Of a stretch of DNA of 64,000 nucleotides, positions 23,863 to 37,639 are shown in pieces; position 1 is the stretch's first letter, and the number at the start of each line of letters is the position of its first letter. The notes under the pieces are model-generated. The model saw nothing but the letters and a program-made list of their open reading frames with translations, was not told where the DNA came from and did no database searches. Source of the stretch: Chlorokybus atmophyticus (lineage: Eukaryota; Plantae; Mesostigma and Chlorokybus algae); the NCBI GenBank assembly GCA_009103225.1, contig RHPI01003389.1, forward strand, positions 536,099 through 600,098, written 5' to 3'. Made by a program: the position numbers and the translations under genes.

Positions 23863-26506
23863 TCACCTAGTTGCATCCTTGCTTTCGAGGCGTGCATGTT
23901 GCGGACAGTAGATAATCCAATCCTTGCCCTCCACAAAGCGGCACCCAACAGCGACGGCGCAGCCATAGTGGTAAGTTGCTTTGCATTGGCTCATTGGCAG
24001 ACAGCATCCCAGCGTCGCACCACGCACACATTCCAACGGCAGTTTTAACGCCTTGCAGTATGTACAATGACCACCCTGGAGAGAAATCAAAGCATTAAGG
24101 CATTGCAAACTAGCATGCCCACCTTCCAGATATGATGTGCCCACTGGGCCTGGCATGCATGAATGGCTTGTAGAAAGTGAGCATAACCCCAACCACAATC
24201 TCACCCGTCCTTGTCCACGCCGCACTTCATTTGGCAAGTTGCGTATACGGTTTTTGTCATCAAAGTACACACGCGGGCACCACATGGCGCACTCGCCATG
24301 CACATAGTAGCGAACCCCACCTGCACCGCTGCCAGCATGAGTACACTATCACCGCAAACACATGTACCCAATGCACAAGACGGTCACCAACTGCACCTTT
24401 CATGTTGAAGGGTCCGTATATCTCGCCCTCAACCTCTCTATCTCCAACTTGGTGGCACAGTGCGCACTGTTGGGACCGCCTGAGCGCTGCCTCCTCGATT
24501 GTCTCCGCAAATTCATCTTCATTGTTTGCGTCATCTGCGTAATGTCTTCCAGTGTCCGCGTTTGACTTGCCAACCTGAAGCCACATCAGTAAGCAGTCGA
24601 CCTGTACACAGCAGTATGTTTTCTTCCTTGCGCATGCAATGGCCATCTCTCACCTGCTTGCGCATGTTTTGTGCAGTGTCTTTCTGACGTTTGCGCTTGC
24701 CTTTGAAAACAACAGCACGCATCCGCAGAAGAGCTAATGCGCAAACACAATGTAAGGCAGCAGCTCAACGCTTGGGTGACAACAAAATTGCTGTCATCTC
24801 ACCTTTGCGCGCGGCAGCTGTGGTCCTTTTCTGTGGCATAACAGGTGCAGGACTTTTTACATGATGGGTGCCAGTAGCAGAGGTGGGTTTTGCAGGTGTA
24901 AAGGCAGCAGCAGGTTGTTCACTCCGGTCACATGGCTCGGCGTTGTGTTGTTCATCGGGTGAATCGGCCAGCATTGCATCCATCCAATGTCCTCCCGGCT
25001 GTGGTCTGCTGTCAGCCTCACTGGTGCATGGCTCTTCTGGAACCTGGCTGATGTCAACATCCGCATCCAAGCAGTGGGCCTCTTTGCGATGACAGCCATG
25101 GGCTTGACCCATCTCTACACTCATTCTACACGGCTCCGCTAGTGTACAGTTGTTGCTAGGTCGGGCTTCAGGATTTTGTATGGTGTAAGCGTCACCCTCT
25201 TGTCTTGATGGTGATGGTGATGCGTAAATGTCACTCTTCTCATTGTCCATTTGCATAGCATCACCCGAGTGGTGTTCACTGCCTTCTGCTACTTTACAAG
25301 GCGCAGCATCCGTCTCAAAGGCAGCCTTGTGTAAGTGTAAAGTGAACGGCAATGGCATCCACTCCCTTACGCACTCCTGTTGGTGAAGCAAGTGACTAGT
25401 TAGCATAGGACTTAGCATGACTGACTTTGCGCATTACTCACCTACCTCGAGCCAGGACATTTTGACGACGGGTATGCCAAACGAGCTCGCGCGTTGCAGC
25501 TTCTGTGCTGTAGCGTTGCTCCTGTGGGCGAAAACAACATTGCGTGCTAAACTCGCGGATCGATGGTGAATCTGAGGTAAAGAGCTCACTCCGCGCATAA
25601 CGCTGTTGTAACCGACCTCTGTGTCCCGCTATACAGCAAGCACATAGGCTTCTTGTGCATAGGCCTGATGACCGCTCCAGCGACGGTCGCAAGGTCTTGT
25701 ATGTACAATCTATCCTCTTTGCCAAAACCGGCTATGCATACGCGCTGCCGACATGACACTTATCATCGCTCCAGCTTCAAAACAACACTGCAGCAGCTGC
25801 AGTAGACATCAGTCCGTGTGCTACCTTGCTAAGCAAGCCCTCGATACCATGCGCACTAGGTGAAGGGTAGAACAATGCTCGTTCCTTTCTGCGCGACAGG
25901 AAACAACAATCAAAAACCAGCAGCAGTAGGTGCTATAACAAACACAACGCGCACTGTGAACCAAAATATGGGCAGTGCCTGTTGGTCAGTGCGTATTGCA
26001 GCATGCTTACATGTCCAAATATGCCTGCGCTTGCCAGCATGTGTATACCCACAATGGCGTGACAGTTACCACGCCCGCTTCTTTGGCCTGTACACAGAAC
26101 GATCCAAATCGTTGCTGCATCTGTTATTTATTATTGCCAAGCACTTGCACTCAGTACAGAGGTAGCATGCCTTGTAAAAGGCCACTAGGTGCGCGATTCG
26201 CAGAAACTGGTTTGTTAGGACATAGGTGACATTGTTGCAAACACACTCAACACCAATGCCAAGCAGCTACTGACAGTGCACCTATAAGAATGTTTGAACA
26301 AGGCTCACCAGGTCGTAAAGGCGGCCACTTTGAAACTGGCAAACAGCATGACTGACGCCAGCCTCAAGCGCAGCATCCTCGGCGGCGACATGCACGACGC
26401 CAGCGCCCATCCTGGCCAGCGCCTCCATCACCTGCCCTTCCATCTTTAGGTCTCGGATCTCGCCTTCCATCACAGCTACCACGGCCCCTTGCAGAGGCGC
26501 AGCCAT
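23863..26506 (-). CDS. Protein with N-terminal BRCT-like domain and C-terminal extended PHD finger (zf-HC5HC2H type)
   Basis: Start MAAPLQGAVVAVMEG...EALARMGAGVVHVAAEDAALEAGVSHAVC (BRCT-like), then a long low-complexity middle. C-terminal CALCH...WVH/GECAMWCPRVYF...NEVRRG...CTYC...GATLGC...CKATYHYGCA...IYCPQH is the ePHD pattern. Stop at 23863. Confidence 0.75.
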
Positions 26507-27214
26507 GGGCAAGATGGAGGCAGCGGCGGCCGACCCTGCCCACCGCCGCCTCCAAGGAGTTCACCGCCGCCCAACAGCTTTCCCGCGTGTTTTTTGAACA
26601 ATATGATATCACCCTTGTAGCAGTTATCAAGTGCTGGAGACAAAGTAATATCGGAGTGCCTAGAATTAGGGCTTGGGAGCACTGGTAGCAGATGGCTGGA
26701 AGGTGTGGGCGGCGACCTGGCTGGCGGTGTTGGAGGTGTCAGGGAGCCCTTTTCCTTTTGTTTGCAGCCTCTCAAGGTGAGCATCGTTGCTTCTTACCAC
26801 CACAATGTGCTTGCTATGGTCCCTTCGCTCCCAAGCACGCGTGATGAAGCTCTGCAGGTTGTGCATGCGCGTGTGGCGGACACCGGTAGCCTGGCATGCA
26901 GATAGTGTGCTGTGCCGTCTTGCTGCCACAGGACTTCAAAAACTGCAAATCTCCTTCTTTGTGTCATTGGAGAGTTTGATATGCGTCTTGACAAACTGCC
27001 GACTTGACGGCAAGCTGTTGCGTGTGCGTGCTTGTTTGTGTTGCCGCTGCATGCTGGATCCCTGTATGACAGGCTCCTTGCACGGATAGGCAGGCACCGT
27101 TCAGCAGGCACCGTGTTGCGTACCATGAAGAAGTGAGTGAAATTGCAACCTTGCACGAGCTCGACAAGTTAACGGACGTCCATGCAAGCTGTGTAGCTGA
27201 ACCTTGGTGCAGTC

Positions 27215-29709
27215 ATGTTCTCAAGAGGGGCTCCTTTGCGCGGGTTCTTCTCTTCGTCCCGAACGCAAGAGTTTACGTAAGCTGCGTTGAGTAAGTGAGA
27301 TTCGTCTTGCTCTCTGGCTCTCACAATTGTGTGCATTGTTGGACGCCTTTACTCATGCGTAACCACTTTCTTCATTGCAGTGGTCATAGGGCTGTGTGTC
27401 GGTATTTCCAGCGCAACCAGGCCTGTCCATATGGCGACCGCTGTAGGTTTGTGCATGCAGACGAACCAACACACAATCACCGCAACTATGACAGCAGCAG
27501 GTCTTACAGGTATTGGCTTGAGACACTGCCGCAGCTGTGTGAGTTGAACTCAGCAACGTGTTGGATGATACCTTGTGTCTGCTTTTCACAGCGAGTATCC
27601 ATACTCGAACAGGGGCCGCGAGCAAAGGTTCCCTTACCCGCGGCGGCAAAGGCGAGCTGCGAGGCTTGTGCGAGTATGGGAGAAGTGTATGGGCGTGGAA
27701 GATGAAGCCAATGAGGTCAACACGGTGCGCGTGATGAGTTACAACATCCTTGCAAATGGCCTGGCAATGGACCACAAGCGGGAGCTCTACCGTTACGTTC
27801 CATACCATTGGATTGAGTGGAGCCATCGCCAGCGACTTTTGCTTAATGAGATCAAGGAGCTGTCCCCAGACGTGATGTGCTTGCAGGTAGAGCTTGCTTG
27901 AGTTGATGCCCACTCGCACAGCCCGCACGGATTCGGTCCGTTTGTACAACCAATCGGTGCATGGTTTGCAGGAAGTGGATGAGTACGACAACCTGTTATC
28001 GGAGTTGAGGTTGCTGGGTTATGATGGTGTGTTTCAGCAACGTCATGGAGAGAATACAGATGGCTGCGCGACCTTTTGGAAGCTAGCAAGGTGTCTGCGT
28101 ATTTGCGCGACTGTTGTGCGGCTCACTCATTGCATGTTGTCCACTACTTGACTTCTCAGTCAGACTCGCATCTGTCGGTTCAAGCTGCTCAGATGTAGCT
28201 TGAAACCCACATACACTGACTTTATGGTCATAGGTTGCAAGCAGTGGAGCATAAGGTGGTGGAGTTTCAAGAGCATGGACTTCGCAACAATGTGGCTCTC
28301 ATCTCCAAACTTAGGGTAGGAAGCTGATTGCAGTACCTGAAGTTGACAATGTTCAAAGCACTGCTTGATCAGGATGCTGGCGATGCTGCAGACTCCGGCC
28401 CAAGCCTTGTAGGTGCCATGCTGGTTGCAAATACGCACATACTGTTCAACCCAAAGCGCGGTGATATAAAACTGGGGCAGGTGACCACCCAATGAAGTTG
28501 TTTGCTTGGAGCTGCAGCGTGCAACAGGCATCTCAACGGTTGCTGGTGCAGATGCGCATACTTCTAAATGAAGCCCGAGCGTTGATGGCAGATAACACCT
28601 GCCCTCTTGTCGTGTGTGGCGACTTCAACATGACCCCAAACAGCGCGTTGTACAAGTTTATGTCGAAGGGAGGACTAGATCTTACTCAGGTTGACCGCCG
28701 CAACATGTCCGGGCAGCTTGAAGAAAGCCGGTATCACAATCACATGCTGATAGGTGTTAAATCATCACTGTTACTTGGGGTGTCTTGGTTGCGCGATCAG
28801 AGTGAAACCTAACCCATTCAACCCTAACGAGTAACATTGCAGGCATGGACTGAGCGCGCAGCGAGCCGGCAGCGCTCAGGGCACAATTGGACAAGCACAC
28901 GGCACGCATACGTACTGGACTGCTGAGTCAGTGTTGCACACAACTGTATCACAGACCTCGCAGGACACGCCTTTGGTGAGGGCTTTGAACGTGACATTTG
29001 CGTGCAAACTGCACTTGTTTCTGACCTGTCTGGCAACAGGAGGAGGTCGCTGTTGATACGACCATTTCAGCTGAGGTGGTCACTGTTGATGTTGAAGATG
29101 TGGAGGACGACGATGCGGACCAGGATGTTGGCACAAGCTTTGAAGACTCTGAGCAGGAGGTCAGCGGCAGAGTCATTCAACTTGATGGTTGGGATCGAAG
29201 CGAGTTGAGAGCAGCTGTGGGAAGCGAAGACAGCTCCGTTGTCAGACACACCTTTGAGCTGCAAAGCGCTTATGCGCAGGTGCGCAGATGTTGTACAAGC
29301 ACACGCTGATAGTTGTATGGCTTTGAACACACTTGTGTCACAGTGTCGAGGACAGAACGTTGCTGAGCCAAGTGTTACAACCTACCACGACAAGTTCCAA
29401 GGCACAGTTGACTACATCTGGTGCGTTCATGTGCTATCGCAATGACCACAAGTATGCCAGTACATATTGTTGAGTTGCGGCACTGGCAGGCATACGCCGA
29501 GTATTAAACCAGTCCGTGTGCTTCAGCCATACCCCTTGCACGAGCTGCATCGCCTTGGAGGCATCTTATCGGAGGTACATACAAGATGAAGCAGATGTGT
29601 TGCGCATGTCATGTGTTTGCTGATGTTCTGCACTGTGCAGAACATGCCGAGCGACCACCTTGCATTAGTTTGCGACTTTCAAGTGTATCGGAGCGGCGAT
29701 CCATGTTGA
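27215..29709 (+). CDS. Angel/CCR4-like EEP-family phosphatase/deadenylase with mitochondrial-type presequence and an N-terminal CCCH zinc finger
   Basis: MFSRGAPLRGFFSSSRTQ presequence-like start. Exon 2 CRYFQRNQACPYGDRCRFVH is C-x8-C-x5-C-x3-H. EEP motifs: VMSYNILA, PDVMCLQEVD, DGCATFW, VANTHILFNPKRGDIKLGQ, VCGDFNMTPNS, GTVDYIW, MPSDHLALVCDF. Stop TGA at 29707-29709. Confidence 0.9.
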
Positions 29710-30467
29710 TTGTACCGCAAAGCCACATGGATGGTGTGGCGATGCTAGTCCTCAGCAGCACGCAGATGTTAGTGTCTTTGTGCAAGTTTGCTAAGACGGC
29801 TGCATTATGTCTTCACGTGAGCAATTGACAAGATCTCACGCTTGGTGACAGAGTATGCAGTATGTGTGATGGAGTACCCCATACACAGTATGGTCAGCTC
29901 ATGTCGGTGGCCTTGCAAGCCGCAATAGTTTTGGCCATACTGGCGCTATCGGCATCGGCGTTGTGAGCTGCTGGGGCGCATGTCAGCCAGCCACTGTGCT
30001 GGCTGATGTGGAACATCAGTTATGCTGAGTTGGTTACATGCGCTTGGTGTTGTAGGAGTGGCGTTGGGAGTTGAACACTCGATTGTTGCTTATCCCTACG
30101 TAATGTACATCATCACTGAAAATTTCAGTGCAGAGCGCCCTGCGCACACTGTCCAGTTGATGCGATCAACTGCCTGTGGCAGTGTTTACGGGGTGGTCCA
30201 TAGCGCATGCTGACGCGAGGCATCTGAACATGCACACTCTGTTGCTTGCATGCCACAGATGCACACCTGCAACCATCCGCACACAGGTCTAGGGTAGTGT
30301 AGTATATTAGGTGTGAACTAGCAGTGCGTAATAGCTCGGTGGTGGTGCGTATTAACATGCTTGCATGCTGGATTGTAAAATATAGTATGCAAGGATTGTG
30401 GCATGCATGAGAATGTAGCAAACATGCATGCAGTCCGCACACTACACCATCGCACCCTTATATTCAC

Positions 30468-31230
30468 CACCGGGATGTCCAAGCGCACTACTTATCTACC
30501 TCCACTACTGCCCATACCCGTGCAACACACATGCATGCACGTGTAATTAACTGTACAACACGACCAGGGCAGCGTCAACAACGGTAGTCAGTAGATGTAG
30601 CGGTGCAGCAGAAGCAATGCAGTAAGCAGCCAGCCCCACCACCCAACCCCACCACCGACACCTAACCGTCAGCAGCGACACTGCGCAATGCAGGGCTGAC
30701 AGTGCTTGCAGTCACTCTGCGCTGTTGCGTGGCCCTGTGCTGGACGTTGTTGCTGTGACGTGTAAGCTTAGGCATAGCCATGGACATGACCCGTACCCAC
30801 GTACGTCTGTAATTCATAAGCATCTTAGCCTTGTCCTCTGCATGCGTGTGCCAGAGGGAGGCAGGGCAGAGGGGCGGGGCAGAGCGGTCCTGCCACATCA
30901 GCAGCGCTGAGGGTTGCGAGTCGCAGCGACTGCGGCCGAAGAGAAGAGAAGGAAGAGCGGAGGGAGAGAGAGGCCGAGGAGGGAGACGAGCAGGAGGGGG
31001 AGGAAGAGAGAGAGGGAGACAGAGGGGAAGGAGGAAGAGAGGGAGGGGAAGGGAACTCATGGGCTGGCTAGTTACTGCAATGCTTCTGCTGCGCCGCTAC
31101 ATCTGCTGACTGCCGTTGTTGATGCTGCCCTGGTTGTGTTGTACAGGTAGTTACGCGTGCGTGCATGTGTGTTGCACGGGGTATGGGCAGTAGTGAAGGT
31201 AGACAAGTAGTGAGCTTAGATATCCCGGTG
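30468..31230. mobile_element. Long inverted repeat (~170-bp arms around a ~420-bp spacer), MULE/foldback-like non-autonomous element
   Basis: 30468-30636 is the reverse complement, with scattered mismatches, of 31061-31230 (CACCGGGAT...ATCCCGGTG). The spacer includes a GA-rich tract. No clear TSD. Confidence 0.7.
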
Positions 31231-31743
31231 TATGTGGCTGTTTGCGTCATTCATGCCTATCATAACTGCCTCGCGCATATCATGTACAAATGCACAGCAT
31301 TGTGTCTGGCGGTACCATGTTCATGCAGAGAAGCACCTGCTCAGGAGATGTTTCTGAACTGCATGCTTGCACATGCTGCGCCATCTTTTGTGGCGACAAC
31401 TGTCTGCATTGCACCATCCGCTGTGGCCTGATCCCAACTGCACCCTTCCAGAAGACTGATCTGACATGAAACCTCTATGACACGACTGATGCGCAACATC
31501 TACTGTCACAGACGCTTGCACATCTCATCGCATGCCAACTGTTCACACTGCACAACCTGGACAAGCATAAAGAGTGCTACACGGATAGCAGCGGCTCGCA
31601 AGTTGCATGAAAGCAGCTTGCTCCTAATGCAACCACATGCACAGACACCAAATAAAGCGATACAAACGCGGAGCCACTGCTCCAATCACTTGGATAATCT
31701 TGTGTTCAGCCTTGTACAGCAATCATACCAACATAGAGCCTAC

Positions 31744-32759
31744 TTAGGCAGACGCTGCTGCAGGTCGCTTCCTGGATGGAGCCTCTGTGCCTGCACACAT
31801 TGCGCGCATTGACATACAAAACAATGCTGAACCAGATGACAGCTTCAACAGACCTAATGGCATCAGGTTTAACAAGCACGCACAGTTTCCATCAAGGTAT
31901 GTTGACATGGGCAGAACTGCGCATGGCTGCCCATATCAACATACCTTCACGGAAACCGTTCTTGAAGCGGCGAGGCAGGGTCTTCAGGTGGCGCATGCGG
32001 CCAGTGCCAGTAGTCTTTCTGCGGATGGCCTTCTCGCTCCAGTTAACTGCACGAGCGCGACAGTGTCAGCCAGCACAACCGCAGTGCACCAGCATTCAAC
32101 CTGGGCCCGGCCAATTGGCACACCTGCATGCTGAGCATTGCAGTACAAAATGCACACACACATGAGGTGTGTGCACAACCGGCATACCAATGCTTGCAAC
32201 TGAGAAGTAACATACAAGGAGCATACAACCCACACATTACAAGGGAGCATACGGTTGGCAATCTTGCAGTTGCAATCAAATTGCACAGACACCTCAGACA
32301 GTCAGTTGCGGATGCAGCAAGACTGTGAGATTTTGTAGTGCTACTACTACTCACACTTGCGAATGCGGGCGGCGGGGTAGCCGCAAGCGGAGCAGCGGCC
32401 CTTCTGAATATGCCATGACCGGCGCCCACAGCGCCTGCAAAGCGTGTGACTCTTGTTGCGCCTCTTACCGAAGGAACCAGTACCCTTCGTCTGCAGAACA
32501 AAACAGCAGCAGGACGGCCTTCAGTCTGGGCCAGACCGACACAGCACTGCCTAAGCAAATCAAGCACACCACCAAGAAAACAGCTTCAACGTAAAAAGGC
32601 ATTGAGAATATACGTGAAAGTTAACACGCTCGAATTAGGTTTCTGGATAGCCACAATCAAGCACATAACCAGCCTCCCCCTCGGACTCACAGCTCGACCG
32701 CCCGCCCGCAAGCCCACCGCACACCCTCATACGCATACACGCGCTCTCGCACTTACCAT
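31744..32759 (-). CDS. RPL37: 60S ribosomal protein L37 (eL37)
   Basis: ATG-only exon 1 (32759-32757), then [80 protein letters not shown] and [14 protein letters not shown]. Confidence 0.97.
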
Positions 32760-32857
32760 CTTGGCGACTCCGCCGCGACGACCCCGCGCCGGCGGCCGCT
32801 GACTCCGCCGAACCCCGCAAAGAGGACTACCAATAGGCCGCCGCCGCCCCCAAATGC

Positions 32858-32866
32858 AAACCCTAA
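32858..32866 (+). promoter_or_regulatory. Telo-box (AAACCCTAA) in the RPL37/RPS15A bidirectional promoter; a second core TAGGGTT at 33120-33126
   Basis: Exact motif between two divergent ribosomal-protein genes. Telo-boxes are established elements of plant translation-gene promoters. Confidence 0.65.
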
Positions 32867-33594
32867 CTTGACCACGGTTAGTCATCCCTAGAATTTTCCA
32901 CCGATATCAGGCTTCCTTGCACGCGAAACAACCTATATCCACCGCATCTCAGTTGGCCTAATGGCGCAGTCTGGTTATCTCTGGGTCGCATCCTGGCCGT
33001 CGATGAGCAGCCGCTTTTGCAGGTGGTTGAGCAGATGAGTTTGGCCGGAGGCTTGTTTCGGCTGCACTACGCAGGCGAAGTACGCAGGCGGTTTGGCGGT
33101 AGTCAGGCGGCGTCGGCGCTAGGGTTAGGTCTCTTTGCCGCCGGCGTGGTTGCCGCCGCCGCCGTCATCGTCGCCGCCTCCGTGGTGGTCGTGTTCGACG
33201 TCCAGGAGCAGCAGGTATGTGTTATTGGTGGTGGTGGTCATATGCGTGGAAGGTCCGTGGGGCAGGAAGGCTCAGGATCGGGGGGTGCGAGGGCGTTGCT
33301 GCTCGAAGGCGTGCTACCATGCGGATTGCAATTGTTCACAAGCCTGTGCTCTGCTTAGTTGCTTGGGATGGATGAGGTTTCTTTTGAGGATTAGTGTGGT
33401 TGTGGTCTCTAAGGCGAGGCCGGGGCAGCTTCTGAGTGTGGAATTAAAACCTAATTGCCTCTTACAATATGGTGTTACATTGGTAGCACTTGCACGATGT
33501 GTTTGGAAAGTTACAATGCATATTGTCGGTGCATTGCGCTGTCAGGTTGTCAGCACTGTGTAATTGAGTGCATTGCATTTGGGTAACAGGCACG

Positions 33595-34425
<831 letters not shown>

Positions 34426-35670
34426 AACTGCTAGTTTGCAGGTCGCTCGCAAGTGCAGTCGCATGGCTGAATATTTCTGTATAACCATGTTGGAGCGCAA
34501 GCTCATTGTCACCTATGCTTGGCACGACTTTTGAAGGCCTGCGCGTTGCAATGATTGCCATCTTTCCGTCTTTTCTTCGATGACGCACAGAGGCAGTACT
34601 GCTTTTAGCACTGCTGGGCCGCACGCTTGTAGCCTTACAAGATGCACAAGGTAAACATGGCATTGCAAGATGCGCGCTCACTTCCAATACAGACGTGACG
34701 CGCAATGTCTGTACATAGCGTACTGCAGCTACAGGAATGACAGGACGGGCCTGTGGATGCTGCCAGGTGTGTCACGTGTGCAATTTAAGTATGACACCCC
34801 TAATATGTAACCTACACCGTTCAGGGCTGTAGAGATTTCCGGAAATGTGTGTTTAGGGTTGTATGATGTGTGCACGGGGTGTGCAGCTATGCATGCTAGC
34901 ATGGTGCTGCATATGTAGTTCATTGGCTCAAGCTTGTGCATGACATGGCAATTCACCATTATTTTCTGCAATGACAGCATGCAACCATGAATATCCTGCC
35001 TAACGTGTGCAGTTAGGTATGGTGCAGCACTGACAGCCAGCACTGCATATGTTAGTGATAGTAAAGGTTGTTATTCGGAGTATTTTTGGACAGCAGTTTG
35101 TGCGTTGGTACAAATGCCAACAATGTCGTGTGTACCAAAAATGGATGTCCGAGGTGTTCTGCAGCAATCCTGTGAAGGGTGCTGCATGGTTCAAAAATTT
35201 GTAGTCTTAATTGCTGTAACAGAATGGTGTAAGAACAATCGCGTGGCTATTAGTCACATGCCAATACATGGGCAGATCTCTCCTCACTCATCGTGAATTT
35301 GTCAAGCAGGGGAGTGTAACCTCGCATTAGCGATAATACTGCAGATTAACTGATACTGTATAAGGCCACCATGCTCAACGAGCTTCAGTTCACAAACAAC
35401 CTCCTGAGCAGCCAGACGCACTGACAATGCTTCATCGCGTTGCCTTGCCTTACTTACACCGCGTGTGCTTAAGGCCGCTGTGGTTGCTAGTGCATACATC
35501 ATTCGCATCCTATAGTCTGCTGCATGACCACTCGTGCTGTGGCTGGTGCATGGCTTCTGCTGAGGAGAGTAACTCCGTCCATGATCAGAAGGCAATTTCA
35601 GAAGCCATGCAGCATGTTGGTAGAACGTGGCAAGCAAGTCAGATGTACAATTGTAAACAGCGTCACTGAC

Positions 35671-36926
35671 TCATGGACGCCAGTTTCCTTCTTCAATCTC
35701 TCTATCAATTTGCTTCGCGGTATCTGGTTCCCTTGCCAGAATGTCATCCACGGATGCACTTGCAAGCATTTCCTGCGCAAGGCATGACCGCGTCAGTACT
35801 GGTGTTGCTACAATGCATGCTTGTGTGACACAAGTGTACCTTTTCTTCAAGAGTTGTCTTTAGCTCGTTCTCAAGCTCTGAAATTCGCTGCTTTGCAGCT
35901 TGGGTAATGGCTTCAGCTTCCTTCTCCTGTTGACAGACCCACCAGATTGGAAACCTTCAATCACCACGCAATCATACCCAAGCAACCACGGCTTGCTGGA
36001 CTATGCTTGCATTCACTCTTCTTGAGTGACCAACGTACCATGTTTTCAAAGGCCTCGCGAACACGATCAATGGACGACTTGAACTCGGGATCTTGTGTCA
36101 GGGACGGTAGATTAATAGCTGCATAAAGGAAGCAACCCGCGGGTCAATGCACGAATATGAGTGCAATGGCGCGAACAGCATTCACAACAGGGGACATGAA
36201 CCTTACTTACACTCGTATGCCTGTTGAAAGACTGCGACAAGCTTTGGATCCAACTCCTTTTTAAAGGATTCCCAATCAATCCGCTCTGGCTCCTGCAACC
36301 AATGCGCTTGCAAGATAAGCAACCCACAAATCTGGTCACTCAGCACTGTGCAGGATGAACTACTCATGTATTACTCGCCAGCTACACGACTGCTACAGCC
36401 ACTTGTAGCAGACGATGCTGCCATGACATGCCATTGAACTGCGATCGATAGTGAACAAGGCCAAGTTCAACGCAACCACCACAGGCAGAACAATAGAACT
36501 GCGTGCATCCAGCAACTACACCACACATGTCGTTCATACTTCTCTACAAAACTCCGCATTAGCATAAGTGTATAAAAACTTTGTTGCAGGTCGAATGCAA
36601 CACGAACGCGGAATACTCCACACAGAACAGTAGCAAGTCCAAAAGCTGCTCTTTGCCTTTTCTGCTTCGGTCACAATCGTCGCATGCTGCTGCTCAAAGG
36701 TCTTGCGCAGGGCGTGCAGCTCCCGCCGCCCAGCTTCTGAGGTGATGTTCTTAAACAACACATCCCAATCCAGGGAGGGTGACTGTGTGACAGCTGTTGA
36801 TTCCGTAGCTGCGCCACGCCTCGCCACAAACCCGATCCCAACGGTGGTGGCGGCCGCAACAGCAGGCTCGGAACTGATCAGCCCCGCTGCAAGCCCAGCC
36901 CTCCTCAGGGCCAACCGCAGAGCCAT
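35671..36926 (-). CDS. ATPQ: Mitochondrial ATP synthase subunit d
   Basis: LDWDVLFKNITSEAGRRELHALRKTFE, EPERIDWESFKKELDPKLVAVFQQAYE, INLP..., EKEAEAITQAAKQRISELENE and C-terminal SVDDILAREPDTAKQIDREIEEGNWRP* are collinear with plant subunit d. The first donor appears to be GC. Confidence 0.88.
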
Positions 36927-36976
36927 CGCCGCCCGCGGATGACGACGACAACAACGCCACTACCCAGACCACTGCC

Positions 36977-36985
36977 AAACCCTAA
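36977..36985 (+). promoter_or_regulatory. Telo-box upstream of the ATP synthase d gene
   Basis: AAACCCTAA about 50 bp upstream of the ATG at 36926. Confidence 0.55.
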
Positions 36986-37639
36986 TGCATGCGGGCATGG
37001 CTGATGCTTGTGCGGCAAGCGCACAAGGTTTTGCACGCAAGCCGTATTAGAATATGCTTATATATGGATCGAGCACACATGCACTTGGCCTGCGTCGTCG
37101 TCGTCCGATGCCACTTGGCATGCACCATGGGCCCAGCGGCGGCGGCGGCGGCGGCGGCAGGCTGTGGTTCCTTCTGGCGCTGACACAAAGGTTTGTGCTT
37201 GCTTGCCATCCCTTGCTTGTGCATGGGCCGGTCATGAAGCGTATGCATGATGGCCTGGGCCGTCCTTGCCTTAAACAAGCTGCCTCACGCATACGGAGCG
37301 ACTGTCGTGCAAGCATTGTATATATGACATGCATTTGGCAGCAGGACTTTGCGCTTGCCGCTTGCCACGCGTGGGTTGTTGCAGTTAAGCCTCATAAGTC
37401 ATAGTGTAGTGGCCTTGCTTGGGGAATGCTAGACTATAAATGCCTATAAATGTCCTCTGTCTACACTACGGCTCTTGAGGTTGCTTGTTCGAAGCATTAT
37501 CTGAGTGCAAAACCATCACCAACACCAACAAGGAGGCACACACACAGTTTTGAACGCGACTAGTGTAAAACTTCAGACTTACGAATGCGTACTATCTTAC
37601 AGGGACAGGCATTCAAGGGGAGTTGCGATATCACTCACA

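Noticed and set aside
23065-24048. ORFs of 130-274 aa spanning X runs
   Set aside because: Artefacts of the N gap.
30662-31060. 132-aa minus-strand ORF
   Set aside because: It lies in the spacer of the long inverted repeat, its N-terminus is a CT-tract translation, and no domain is recognisable.
35302-35637. 111-aa minus-strand ORF downstream of ATP synthase d
   Set aside because: No start context, splice support or recognisable motif; probably 3' UTR or intergenic.
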